In this document: one piece after another, positions 51,100 through 64,000 of the stretch
Numbering within the stretch: position 1 is the first letter of the stretch
Layout: each line of letters opens with the position of its first letter
NCBI RefSeq assembly: GCF_006345805.1
Contig: NC_043010.1
Span: 36,518,001 to 36,582,000 of the forward strand
DNA: 64,000 nucleotides
Direction of reading: 5' to 3'
Source of the DNA: Octopus sinensis
Lineage: Eukaryota
Position numbers and translations under genes: made by a program
Notes under the pieces: generated by a model
Told to the model about the DNA's origin: nothing
Database searches by the model: none
What the model saw: only the letters and a program-made list of their open reading frames with translations

Positions 51100-51607
51100 T
51101 CGTTGTCGTTGTTTTCATCATCTTCATCGTCATCATCGTCGTCATCACCTTCATCGCCGGAATCGTTGTCGTCATCGTGGTCGTCATCACTCCCAAATTC
51201 CTCCTCCTCCTCCTCCTCCTCCTCCTCCTCCTCCTCATAATCATCGTCATCACCATCATCCTCATCACCATCGTTCACCATCATTATCAAAATAATTATC
51301 ATCACCATCACCATCATCGTCATCACCATTATTATCATTACCATCATCCTCATCACCATCGTCATTACCATCATCATCATCACCGTCATCATTACTATCA
51401 TTATCATCACCGTCATCATTACCGTCATCATCATTACCGTCATCATCATCATCATCACTATCACCATCACCCATCATCACCATCATCATCATAATCATTA
51501 TCATCACCATCACCATCATCGTCACCATCATCATCACCATCATCATCACCGTCATCATCACCGTCATCATCACCGTCATGATCATCACCATCACCATCAC
51601 CATCGTC

Positions 51608-51638
<31 letters not shown>

Positions 51639-51898
51639 TATCATCCTCATCACCATCGTCATTACCATCATCATCATCACCGTCATCATTACTATCATTA
51701 TCATCACCGTCATCATTACCGTCATCATCATTACCGTCATCATCATCATCATCACTATCACCATCACCCATCATCACCATCATCATCATAATCATTATCA
51801 TCACCATCACCATCATCGTCACCATCGTCATCACCATCATCATCACCGTCATCATCACCGTCATGATCATCACCATCACCATCACCATCACCATCGTC

Positions 51899-51957
<59 letters not shown>

Positions 51958-52870
51958 GCCATAATTATTCCAGTGCAGGAACTTGAAGCGAAAAAAAAAC
52001 TTAAGCAAACGGAAAAAAAAAACGAAATTTCAAAAAACCCCAGCACCCCTTCTCACTTCACACCTCTACCAAAACATTGAACCGTGTGATTCATTTTTAT
52101 CTTTTTAGTTTTTAATTCGGCACTTGCTTTTTTTTCTATAACATTTTTTAATCACCACAATTAATGAATGATGATAAGGATGATGATGATGATGATGATG
52201 GAGATGGTGGTGGTGGTGGTCGTCGTCGTCGTCGTGGTGATGATGATGGTGATGATGATGATGATGATGATGATGGAGGTGGTGGTGGTGGTGGTCGTCG
52301 TCGTCGTCGTGGTAATGATGATGGTGATGATGATGATGGTGGTGGTGGTGGTGGTTGTGGTGATGGTGGTGGTGATGATGAGATGTTGTTATTGGTGTTG
52401 TTGACAATGATGATGATGATGATGATCATGATCATGATGATGGTGGTGGTGATGATGATATTCATCATTTTCATTATTATCGCCATTCTTGTTATCATTA
52501 TCACTGTCATTATCTTCTCTTCATCATAATTAATGTCATCATTTTGTTCGTCATCATCATCATCATCGTCACCATAATTATTCGTTAACATCATCGTCGT
52601 CGTCGTTGTCATCATCACCACCACCACCATCATCATCTCATTATCTTAATCACTGTCATCAAAATCATTTACCATCATCATCGTCATCATCATCATCACC
52701 ATCTTTACCATCATCATCATCATCATCATCACCACCATCACCATCACCATCATCATCTCCATTATCATCCTCATCATCATCATCACATCATCCTCATCAT
52801 CATTACTATCATCATCAACGTTCATCATCATAGTCATCACCGTCATTGTATTCGCTATCCACCCTGCCGT
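51100..52870. repeat. (CAT)n-(GAT)n-(CAT)n degenerate arrays with a ~291-bp higher-order duplication
   Basis: The marker GTCTC recurs at 51605 and 51896, and the preceding variant-triplet order is repeated. Confidence 0.9.
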
Positions 52871-52948
52871 CACTAACATCTCATCTCATGGATGTAGTGC
52901 AACTGTTAGTCTTATTACTGTTGCTGTTGTTGTTGTTGTTGTTGTTGT

Positions 52949-52994
<46 letters not shown>

Positions 52995-53171
52995 TACCAG
53001 CAGCAGCAGTAGCAACAATAGCAACAGTGACAGCAATTGTGTAGTAGTGGCGGGAGTTTTAGTGGTGACGGTTGTGGTATAGTTGGTAGCAGGGATCCTT
53101 CTAATGTGAAAAACCAACTTATATATATATATATACACATAATATATACATATATACATGTGTATACATAT

Positions 53172-53229
<58 letters not shown>

Positions 53230-53630
53230 TCACACACAAACATTTGTATATAAATACAGATGTTCATATGTGTATGTATATATATGTACGTATGTACATA
53301 TACATAATATATTTGTATACATTATATATATACACACATGCACACATACAAATAAATATGTATGCATCGATGTATGCTAGTATATAGTTATGTTTGTGTG
53401 AACAAATATGAGGTAGAAGCAATGAATTCAAAAAGTTCTATATATGTATTTATATGCACACACATTTGCACGCACACACATATATACATATATACATAAT
53501 ATATACATAAAACATAATATACATACATACATACATGCATACATACATACACACGTACATATATATATATATATATAAATGCACACATCCATACATTGAT
53601 TGATTCATGTTGGCTTCCATACATCCATGC

Positions 53631-53661
<31 letters not shown>

Positions 53662-53663
53662 CA

Positions 53664-53711
<48 letters not shown>

Positions 53712-54499
53712 AATGCACACATCCATACATTGATTGATTCATGTTGGCTTCCATACATCCATGCTTGCTTCCATACATCCATGCTTGCTTCCATATATCC
53801 ATGCTTACATACGTACATACATCCATACATGCATACCCAAAACAAACACACGTATAAATAAAATCCGAAATAGTAGTAAAAATGGATATCACATGAGCTT
53901 CGGGCCCAAATAAGATCTTGTGATCCCCTCCTCTTATCTCCCCCCCTCCTCCAAACAGCACCCCATCTAATTTCCAAACGACCTACGCACCCCCACACAC
54001 CATACACCACCACATTGATGTTATAAAACGGACTGAAGCGAATTAGGGATGTTTGTATTTGTTGTTATTGTTTTTGTTGCTGCTGTTGCTTCTCTTTGAT
54101 TTCTTTGTATTTTTTTTTACTGTTGTTCTTATTGTTGTTGCTTTTTTGGGTTCTTCTTTCTTTTTTTTTTTTATTCTTTCTCTCTTATTCTTTCATTCTA
54201 TGAAAGAACGCACCAGCTATTCATTGCAAAACAATCAACTCTGCACTCTGAAGGACTCTTTCGTTTTCGTTCTCTCCTTACTTCTTTCGTCCTTCATTTT
54301 TTTTTTTTTACTTCATTTTCTTCTCTTTGTTTCCTTCCTTCCTTCCTTCCCTCCCTCCTTCCTTCCTTCCTTTCTCCTTTCCTTCCTCTCGGGCTTTCTT
54401 TCTTGCTTTCTTCCCCTTAATCTCTTCCTCTTCTGCTCTTATTTTTACGCTCTTGCTTCCGCATTCTTCTTTGGGTAGTTTTGTTTGCTTGAACATCGT

Positions 54500-54831
54500 T
54501 TTCCAATCATCATCATCATCATCATCATCACCACCACCACCACCACCACCATCGTCATCATCAGCATCACCATCACCATCATCATCATCCAAATCCTCCC
54601 ACTCATCATCATCATCATCATCTTTTCTCCTTCCTCTGCTTCTTCTTCTCCTCCTCCTCCTTCCTTTTCTTTCTCTTTTCATTTCCTTCTTTTCTACCAC
54701 CATGTGAATCACCCACACCAGCACCAAAGCTACCAATACTACTATTGGTAATACCACAATTGCTGTCGCTGCTGATGCTGATGCTGCTACTACTACTACT
54801 ACTACTACTACAACTACTACTACTACTACTA

Positions 54832-54872
<41 letters not shown>

Positions 54873-55229
54873 GCTACAACTACTACTACTACTACTACTA
54901 CTTCTTCTTCTACTACTACTACTACTATACTACTACTACTACCATTTTGACTGCTGCTGCTACTGCTTCAACTCCCAGAGTTGCGCTGATGCTGCTGTGG
55001 TGGTGGTGATGCTGGTGCCACCACTAGGTCCGCACCATATACCATTTCGTTCCTTTCATCTTACATCGTTGTCGTGATCGTCATCATCATCATCATCGTC
55101 TCCTACCATTACCACAATCGTCATCATCATCATCATCATCATCACCACCACGATCACCACCAACACCATCATTACCAATACCATCACTACCACTGCCAAT
55201 ACCAATGTTACCACCACCAGCAACAACAC

Positions 55230-55263
<34 letters not shown>

Positions 55264-55344
55264 TCCACATTCAACACCGTTTCTTTCATAGTCTCCGTTC
55301 AGTTCGTTCCCTTGCTGTCCATATTTTTTCCATTTCATTTTTGG

Positions 55345-55391
<47 letters not shown>

Positions 55392-55417
55392 CATTATTAT
55401 TATCATTATACTATTAC

Positions 55418-55452
<35 letters not shown>

Positions 55453-55666
55453 ATTATTTATTATTATTATTATTATTATATTATTATTTTATTATTATTA
55501 TTATTATCATTATTACTATTACTATTATTATTATTATTATTATCATTATTACTATTACTATTATTATTATTATTATTATTATTATTATCATTATTACTAT
55601 TACTATTATTATTATTATTATTGCCATTATTACAATTACTATTATTATTATTATTATTATTATTAC

Positions 55667-55697
<31 letters not shown>

Positions 55698-55700
55698 CAT
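54500..55700. repeat. Mixed (CAT)n/(CTA)n/(TAT)n arrays
   Basis: Directly visible; source of the 383-aa H/Y/I pseudo-ORF. Confidence 0.9.
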
Positions 55701-56559
55701 TTTACGATTATCCTTCCTCCATTTTTACCTTTGTTATTTTATGATATTCCGTTCTTTAATTTTTTTTTTTACCTTTCTTTCGTTTTATTCTCGTTAATAT
55801 TTTTTTTTCTCTTTTTTTTCTTCTTTTGCTTCCCTTCCAAAACCTGTTCATCCTCTCTTGCAGCCCTCCGATTTTCCCCTTCCCCCACTCGTCTTCTTTT
55901 CCTTTTTCATTTTCCTTGCTCAATGCACGCTTCCATATTCCTGAAAGATCCTAATAACTTCTTTATACCTTTGAAGGTTTTCTTTCGCTGTTCTTGTACA
56001 CCGATAACTAATTTTGTCACAACCTCTTTTCTTTCTCTCCGTATATCCTTCATTCTTTTCACATACACAGACACGAACGGAGCATTTATTGCTACATTTG
56101 TCCCTGTTTCCTCTGCCTCTTCTCTATTTGTGTGTGTGTATATATATATATATAAATATATATACATGTATAAACACACATACATGCACACACGTACACG
56201 CACAGATACACAAATGAGTATATAGATGCGAAATAAGAGGGTGGTAGGAATAATGCACGAATAACAAAGTTAGAGTAATAGGCTATTTTATTAAAGCTGA
56301 AAAATCTTTACAAAATATTCCTCGGAGTTTCACGTGGCCGTTCATCAGACAGTTGTGATAATATTGAATCTGATATTCTGTATTGTCAAAACTGTTTGAT
56401 TACGGTCACGTGAAACTTAGAGCTACCGTTTGTAAAAATTTTCAGCCTGAAAAATAGATATATATATATATATATATATATGCATATATTGATACATACA
56501 TACATACATACATGTATGTATGTATGTCTGAACACACACACACACAATATATTATATAT

Positions 56560-56591
<32 letters not shown>

Positions 56592-56595
<4 letters not shown>

Positions 56596-56970
56596 AGGTA
56601 AACGCAGGTGTTATTCAAATTCTTTTACTTCCAACGTATATGTTTCGAAGATAACATTGGTATTATTCTATTATTCTATATCTCTCCACTATTAGTTTTC
56701 TGCTAATTTCTTTCACTTTCTATAAACTACCTTTGCCGTTACATCTACTAACGTTATATATACTAACTTGATAGCGTTCACCTCATCATTTATGCTGTCA
56801 TCACATTCTGTTAAAATGTCTTATTGATGTGTTTGGTTTCTTTCTTTCACTGATGAGAAGATTGCAATATTTTACACCATTTTATTACTTCTGGAATAAT
56901 ACCAATGTAGACTTCGAAACATATGTCGGAAGTAAAAGAATTTGAATAACACCTGCATTTTGCTCCATTT
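56592..56970 (+). mobile_element. Penelope-type pLTR remnant with a partial inverted copy
   Basis: Arms 56592-56668 and 56893-56970 (~85% by eye); termini ATGGAG / CTCCAT as in 18817-20544. Confidence 0.7.
56843..56935 (+). ncRNA. Hammerhead ribozyme motif homologous to 20407-20499
   Basis: CTGATGA 56850-56856, GAAG/CTTC stem II with a long insert, GAAA 56916-56919, C-ATAT-GTC (GTC at 56925-56927). The first stem I pair is mismatched. Confidence 0.7.
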
Positions 56971-57165
56971 ATTTATTTATCTATATTATACAAAGCATTT
57001 TACCTAAACCTGGAGATTTTACCTTTATAAATAGGCTGTTACATCCTTGTTACTTGTGTGAACGTTTGCTACCCTGGTAACCGTTTATTTATTTTTTTCC
57101 GTGTTATTTGTAAGTACTGGAAAAAACGTACATTTATATATACATACATACCTATATATATATAC

Positions 57166-57238
<73 letters not shown>

Positions 57239-57270
57239 TACATATATATATATAAATATGTATTAAATAT

Positions 57271-57304
<34 letters not shown>

Positions 57305-60144
57305 TGTTTATATACATGTATGAATGTATACATATATATGAGTACCAGTGTGTGATTGCTTTTCTTTGTTTTTGTGTTCTCATCTCATCACCCATTGAGA
57401 ACCGGTCTTGGAATTTTTACGTCCCTGTTACCTAGCGGTTCAGTAAAAGAGACCATTAGAATAAGTACCAGGCTTAAAAATAATTTCTTAGAAATAATTT
57501 CGACTAAAAATTCTTCAAGGTGGTGCCCCAGCATGGCCACAGTCTAATACTACAAGTAAAAGGTAAGCGAATACACGCTTATTCGTCTACCAGCAGAAAC
57601 GGTAGCACAGAATAATAGGTTGCACCAGTAAAGATCAATAGAAATGTTTGCCGCTTGCTACATCTAAGTCGCCATTTACAGAGAGATATTAACAATGCTG
57701 CTCAACAGTACAATAGACCGCCGGCTAGAAGTGGCTTTGATGGATTGCTGAACTACACAGAGCAACAGACATTTATCAATACAAAACGGAGAAAGAGAAA
57801 TACTATTGTAGTTTAAATATATCCACAAATTTTGCTAGGATTCATTTCATACTGATTCGTGCGCACTTGCTCACTTCACAGAAATAGCACAAAATTTGCC
57901 GCGAATTCCCCAGTTAAATCTAGCTATTGCTGTATAGGGTACGTAGGATCGTAAAATCTTGAACCACCAGAAATCTAAACAAACCTCAAAACAACTCAAC
58001 TGGAATGGAATATCAGAGACAGAAACAGATATCCTTTTGATAGAAAATGACTATCAAAATGAATAGTACAAATAATAAAGTAGAATTGCTAAACTGTTCA
58101 GTAAAAGTGTACAGCGCAACAGATTAACCGAAAACTCTCTTAAAGATAATTACGCACAACACTCTCGCTCTTTTAGATGCGGGAATACGTCTAATGCTTC
58201 AAACTCTGGAAATTATTTGGTTCTTAAAAGGAAGTCAAGAAAACAATCTTAGAATTAAGTAGAGTGTTGTTGCTTTTGTGTGTGTGTGTGTGTTTTATTT
58301 TTTTGGTTTGTTGCATTCCATTCTATGAAAGACCACACAAGCTGTTCATTGCAAAACAATCAACTCTGCACTCTGATGGATTCTTTCTTTTTCGTTCTCT
58401 CCTTCCTTCTTTGTTTGTTTGTTTTCTTCTTTCTTTCGTTCAAGCAAAGATATGCAACGGTCACGACAGCCACTGTCGATCGCATGCAACGGAAAACAAA
58501 AACTTCTGTCCTTAACTGGCCACATTTGAATATGAGTCAAGAAACCCCCTCCTCGTACCTCCACGCAAAGAAATACAAACGTCAAGCTTAAAAAAAAAAC
58601 ACATTTCTGTACTCAATGATAGTGAATTACATCTTGGCTGTGACTACAGCCTACACAAGTGTTATATGAAACTTCAACACGGAAAAACCAAGGAGAAATT
58701 TAAGCTAGAAGTACAGTTGAGCCACTTAAGAAAGATATGTCCTCATGGACATATATGACCTTAAGGACATAATATGAGACAGAGTATTAGGAAATTCGAC
58801 ACGAAATAGTAAAAAAACAAAAAAAAAACAACTACAATTTAAGCTAAATTACAATAGTTGCTCTCAAGTCAAGTTTATTTGCTCCGAAGAAAAGTATATT
58901 TTTCTGTTCTGTACGAGGTTTTGAATTAAATCACTTTCCATGCAATTCACGTGGCTTGTGTTCATCGATGAAACATTGAAACTAATGCTGGCCGTATGAT
59001 GGATAGAAAACTAATTAAAGAAAGACATTAGCCGAATATATACTTTCTTCTTTCTTTCCTCCTTTCTTTTTCTGCCCCCCCTCTCTCCCACATTTCTTGG
59101 CATTCGCTTTCTTTAATCTTTCTACTTTCCTTCGTTGTCTCCCTTGTACCTTTCCCTCCGCCGCTTCTCTCTCTCTCTCTTTCTCTAATTCCTTCTCTAA
59201 TTCTTCAACCCCTCTGCTTCTACCCCTCTCTGTCCCTCTATGGGACCGATGTTCAGTCAAGCATGATCTTTCTTTCTCGGCCCGTACATCTTATTTTCCT
59301 GTCTCCTGACTTTCGTCTATGTTTGTGCCTCAAGGCTTTCACTTCCCACGCCAGCTGTCCTTATTAGTTGAAAGACACCTGTTGTTATTCTCTTGTTGTT
59401 TGTATTTGCAATCGTGTAACGTTTTCTCCTTTATCTCGCTTTATTTTTGTCTGTGTAGTCGTACACATTCGCTTGCTTTCTTCCAAAAATTTAATGCTCT
59501 TAGGTTAGATTAGGTAGGGGGCGGCTACCAATTTTGAACAGTCTCAAGTGTAACCAGCCGAAACTGTAATGATAATTGGAAGCTTGACTGAAGAATAAAG
59601 GGCTACGAATGATAGTCTTGGTTTTTCCTGTCCGTCCTTGTACCGTCTATCTGTCCGTATGTTTTTATTGTCTTCCGTTACGTTCTTATTCTGTTTTTTG
59701 GATATGTGTGTTTGTATGAGTGTACATAAATATATACACATATATACACACACATAGAGCGAGAGAGAGAGAGACAGATAGAGAGAGAGAAAGAGAGAGA
59801 GAGGAGAGAGAGATAGAGAAGAGATATTTCTTTTGTCTTTTGTTTCCTAAATTTATTTTCATTTCCTACATCTATCACTATTTCTTTCCCCTGCTCTCTG
59901 CTCTCATTTCAGATATATATATATGTATGTGTGTGTGTGCGTGTGTGTGTGTATGTGTGTATGTATGTATCCAACTCCATCATCTGTCACTCACTCTCTC
60001 TCTCTCACTATACATATATACGTACATACATATGTACGCATACAGATGATTATGTTTATGTATAAATGTGTATATGTGTATGAATATATAAGATGTATTA
60101 CATGCATACATACACACACAAACATATATACACCACACACACAC

Positions 60145-60175
<31 letters not shown>

Positions 60176-60523
60176 TAATATATATATATATATAATATAT
60201 ATATATATATATACACTTACAAGCTCACATAATCGCTTAAATAAATAAATAATTAAATAGCACACCCCAGATTTGCAGAGAAAATGACAATGAAGACGTT
60301 TGTCCATCAGTATATAACAATGGTCACTCTGGGTCACTATAGGTTATTAGTGGTCACTAAATGTTACTGAGTGTCACTAAGAGTAATGCAATTATCTTTA
60401 TAGTATCTGAGTAGCGATACTTAAATATTTATATCTGTGAGTGTACGACGTGTGTTCGTGCGAATGTGTATAGAAGCTTACATGAATTTGTGAACGTTTG
60501 TATGTGTGTTAAAGAAAGTCACA

Positions 60524-60760
60524 GAGGTGGCTGTGTGGCAAGGAGCTTGCTTACCGACCACATGGTTCCGGGTTCAGTCCCACTGCATGGCACCTTGGGC
60601 AAGTGTCTTCTACTATAGCCTCTGGCCGACCAAAGCCTTGTGAGTGGATTTGGTAGACGGTAACTGAAAGAAGCCCGTCGATAAATATGTATGTGTGTGT
60701 GTATGCTTGTGTGTCTGTGTTTGTCCTCCCAGCATCGCTTGACAACCGATGCTGGTGTGT
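60524..60760 (+). mobile_element. Major SINE, 3'-truncated
   Basis: Head, centre and start of tail as in 17562-17960. Confidence 0.88.
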
Positions 60761-60959
60761 TACACTTAAAACCTATAGATACACCCACTGGTCGTATTTC
60801 ACTTCCTATATATGGTTACATTCGTACAAAAATTTTATTAGATTTTTTCTCTGATCATTTTGAAGTCTAAATTCTCCAAATATAAAGCTATACAGGTCAC
60901 CAGTCGGTTGTCAGGGAATATCTGGCAATGATAATAATAATAATAAAATAATAATATAA

Positions 60960-60996
<37 letters not shown>

Positions 60997-61100
60997 TAAT
61001 AATATATGACACCCTAAGCATAACACCAACATGAACTTCTAACTTGTTGTCTCTTGAGATCTCTGGAGTCTCTTGTACAAATACAAACAAAAGTCAATTA

Positions 61101-61176
<76 letters not shown>

Positions 61177-61634
61177 GTTTGCTTATTGATCGACATGAGC
61201 ATCCCCTGTGATCATAATATCTCAGCGAAAGAGTTTGACAAGCTCAGAAAATATAAAGACCTACTCATTGAAATTGAGAAAATGTGGCATCTCAAGGCGG
61301 TTACAATACCAGTGATCGTAGGAGCACTAGGAATGATCAAGAAGGGAACCGAAAATTATATGAGAAGGATCCCTGGCTTACCATCCCTGCAAGAAGTGCA
61401 AAAGATTGTCTTAACTGGTACATCACACGTATTGAGAAGAGCATTGTCGATGTGAGAACTGTTGCTGCTCATGTATTTTAAGTTAACTTTTAAAAAAAAA
61501 TTTTTTTTTTTAAATGAACGAACTACTGAGTTTGGTTTAATGGCCTACCAATGTATACTATGAGTTTCTTTGCCCTAGGAGTCGGGAAGACACTCGGCAA
61601 GAAATGGAAGCAAATTTGAAAGAAGAAAATAAAA
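61177..61634 (+). mobile_element. 3' fragment of an R4/Dong-type RLE retrotransposon with an open terminal frame and 3' UTR, in (TAA)n
   Basis: LLIDMSIPCDHNISAKEFDKLRKYKDLLIEIEKMWHLKAVTIPVIVGALG..LQEVQKIVLTGTSHVLRRALSM* (61186-61455); pure (AAT)n on both sides. Confidence 0.88.
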
Positions 61635-61751
61635 GTAATAATAATAATAATAATACTGGGCTTCGTATATTTTACCCCAGTGTCACTTCGATGACATGCA
61701 CTGCTCTCTCACTCAATAATGATAATAATAATAATGATAATAATAATAATG

Positions 61752-61815
<64 letters not shown>

Positions 61816-61816
<1 letters not shown>

Positions 61817-62401
61817 TTCGCTTGTTTTCTACCAGGGCGAAAGATGAGGAGGGCAATACGAAGACAACCATTAAAAAAGGTAAGTATACACAGTATACGA
61901 TGGAAAGAAAGGGACATATGCAGAGTATACATAAGTTTAAAGAAAAAACTGTGGGGTGGGGGAAGATGATAGACATGTGACCCTCCTGATACAGGAACGC
62001 CTCTAGGGATAATCTAGGGATCCCACTGTCCGAGATTTCCCTGAACACCAGGAGCAAGTGCCCTCTCCGGTTCCTTCTCTTCGACTTAGAAGTCTACACT
62101 TAGAGAGGTACCATCCACTCTTGCCATTCTCGCAGCTTTCACCCACCTTTTTAAAAAACTCACTCGAGGTCAGCACTTCTCCCTCCACTCTCAATTTCGT
62201 TTTCAAGTGAAACTTGAAGAAGTCAATGAGAGCTCTACTAAAGAGGAATGTATCTGTACTCAAGCCTTTCGGCCTTGTACACCAGACAACCTCATTCGCC
62301 ACAGCCTCCAAGCAAAGGAAAACTGCCTTGCCTGCCCGATTTATGGAGAGTAACAGTACAATCATCACTACAGATTCTGCCGATAGACGGATCCGTCCCA
62401 T
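61816..62401 (-). mobile_element. 3' fragment of a Tx1-clade LINE related to 5707-11590
   Basis: GRIRLSAESVV..KAVFLCL..VVWCTRPKGLSTDTFLF..LIDFFKFHLKTKLR aligns to the end of ORF2 (GRIRLSAESIV..EAVFLCLVAVAKESVWWTRLKGLKSDTFLF..LINFFKFHLKRKMR). The 3' UTR runs into (ATT)n on its own strand. Confidence 0.88.
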
Positions 62402-62587
62402 ACGTGTTGGATTTCAAATTTTTGTATAAGGCCAGCAATTTTGGCCTCTTAATGTGCTCAAATGTACACTGTATTTTATATGAATAATATATAATCTATA
62501 GACTAATATTTCTTTACGCTAGGCCAGTGGTAGTAAAAACTTCTAAAATCTTTATTACCTTGATATTATTAAGTATATATATATATG

Positions 62588-62674
<87 letters not shown>

Positions 62675-62805
62675 ATATATATATATATATATAACGGGAA
62701 GCTTTATGAAAATAAACAAAAGACGAAGGCAGGTGGAAAACAAACGAACAATTGTATTAGTATGGCGCTCAGGAAATATAAATAAAACAAGTCTTTATAT
62801 ATATA

Positions 62806-63096
62806 GGCGCAGGGGTGGCTGTGTGGTAAGTACCACATGGTTCCGGGTTCATTCCCACTGCGTGACACCTTGGGCATACCTTTGAGTAACCACCTAGCAA
62901 CATGTGGCCGGAAAATGTATATAATATTTCCATTCTACAAATTACACAGCCCAAGCGAAATCGAGAGGAGAATCAGAGAAAAGAATTTTATTGATAAATT
63001 CGAACCCAGTCTACTACTATAGTCTCGGGCCGACCAAAGCCTCGTGAGTGGATTTAGTAGACGGAAACTGAAAGAAGCCCGTCGTATATATGTATA

Positions 63097-63138
<42 letters not shown>

Positions 63139-63385
63139 ATATATTATAATATATATATATATATGTATGTGTGTGTGTTGTGTGGTCTGTGTTTGTGTCC
63201 CCACCCCCAACATCGCTTGACAATCGATGGTGGTGTGTTTACGTTCCGTAACTTAACGGTTCGGCAAAAAGAGATCGATAGAATAAGTACTAAGCTTCCA
63301 AAGAATAAGTCCTGGGTCGATTTGGTCGACTAAAGGCAGTGCTCTAGCATGGCTGCAGTCAAATGACTGAAACAAGTAAAATAGT
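62806..63385 (+). mobile_element. Major SINE carrying a ~130-bp insert (62877-63007) encoding the C-terminus of a Penelope-like GIY-YIG domain
   Basis: The SINE breaks after CCTTGGGCA and resumes at CTACTATAG. The insert translates to IPLSNHLATCG..IFPFYKL..EIERRIREKNFIDKFEPSL. Confidence 0.7.
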
Positions 63386-63391
63386 AAAGTA

Positions 63392-63438
<47 letters not shown>

Positions 63439-63662
63439 GGGTTATTTTGGTTATCGTATTTACAATCTTAAGTCCATTTTAGCAATAATTACGGAATTGT
63501 CCCTCCGAGAAAATAACAAATATAGAAGATTATTATTAAGCATATTTTATATAGCAAACAAATTTAAATAGATAAGAGTTGTAATAAGATGTAATTGTGT
63601 ATACAGTTTTTGTTGTTGTAGTTATACGTAGGAGAAGACTTAGATACTTAATTATATGCATT

Positions 63663-63709
<47 letters not shown>

Positions 63710-64000
63710 TTATATATATATATATATATATAATGTATGTTGTGATGACAAGAGACATAAAAGGATTTCAATTGTTATGTGTTTGAGATATAATGAAATG
63801 AATTTCTATGGTTGTGGATTGCACTTACTTGATTGTGTTGTTTTTTAAATTGTAATTGATGTCAGATTGAGTAGTTAACACTTACGCTCATAACACGGAC
63901 ATTTGAATTAATTTTTGACAATCCAGCCGTCCTTTCACACGGAATTTCATCTTTCTGAACCAAAGGCCTTGAAGAACTGTGAATATGTATATCAGAAAAA

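Noticed and set aside
51265-52008. Asp/Gly/Asn-rich 247-aa ORF resembling acidic biomineralisation proteins
   Set aside because: The frame alternates between poly-D and poly-M/V because of single-base slips; it is a microsatellite with an internal duplication.
55074-56225. Longest ORF in the track (383 aa, His/Tyr/Ile-rich)
   Set aside because: It is a read-through of (CAT)n/(TAT)n arrays, which lack stops in that frame; no domain or splice structure.
57620-57815. Open + frame (..RDINNAAQQYNRPPARSGFDGLLNYTEQQTFINTKRRKR..)
   Set aside because: No start or strong donor; neighbouring sequence has stop-riddled frames suggestive of old transposon debris.
54190-58400. ~100-bp direct repeat (54190-54290 / 58315-58400) and a ~110-bp direct repeat (32165-32273 / 34405-34533)
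   Set aside because: They are real but short and featureless, most simply local duplications or fragments of an unrecognised repeat; no functional signal.

Overview
Eukaryotic, AT-rich, microsatellite-saturated genomic DNA with one 100-N assembly gap (29778-29877). The SINE families and simple-repeat load look like an octopus (coleoid cephalopod) genome; this is inferred from repeat recognition, not from a search. I cannot support any host protein-coding gene, so the window reads as intergenic or large-intron sequence. Nearly all listed ORFs are translations of microsatellites or transposon debris. Recognisable content: (1) an apparently full-length Tx1/L1-clade LINE (5707-11590) and a diverged 3' fragment of a relative (61816-62401); (2) two R4/Dong-type restriction-like-endonuclease (RLE) retrotransposon 3' fragments in (TAA)n; (3) a 5'-truncated Penelope-like element with a GIY-YIG domain between ~610-bp inverted arms, each arm carrying a hammerhead ribozyme, plus further hammerhead-bearing or hammerhead-like remnants; (4) a full-length DD34E Tc1 element with IR/DR-type TIRs, mariner and rosa-like fragments, a TA-flanked MITE, a canonical non-autonomous Helitron and Helentron-like repeats; (5) at least three tRNA-derived SINE groups, one with shuffled body/tail modules and one with a tandemly amplified 184-bp unit; (6) several long inverted duplications, two of them interleaved. 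The most interesting leads are the hammerhead/Penelope fold-back elements, apparent opposite-strand co-targeting of (TAA/TTA)n by an RLE and an APE retrotransposon at two sites, a LINE whose disablements look like indel errors, and a twice-occurring RFX X-box plus CRE-like motif with identical spacing. Coordinates were counted by hand and identities estimated by eye.
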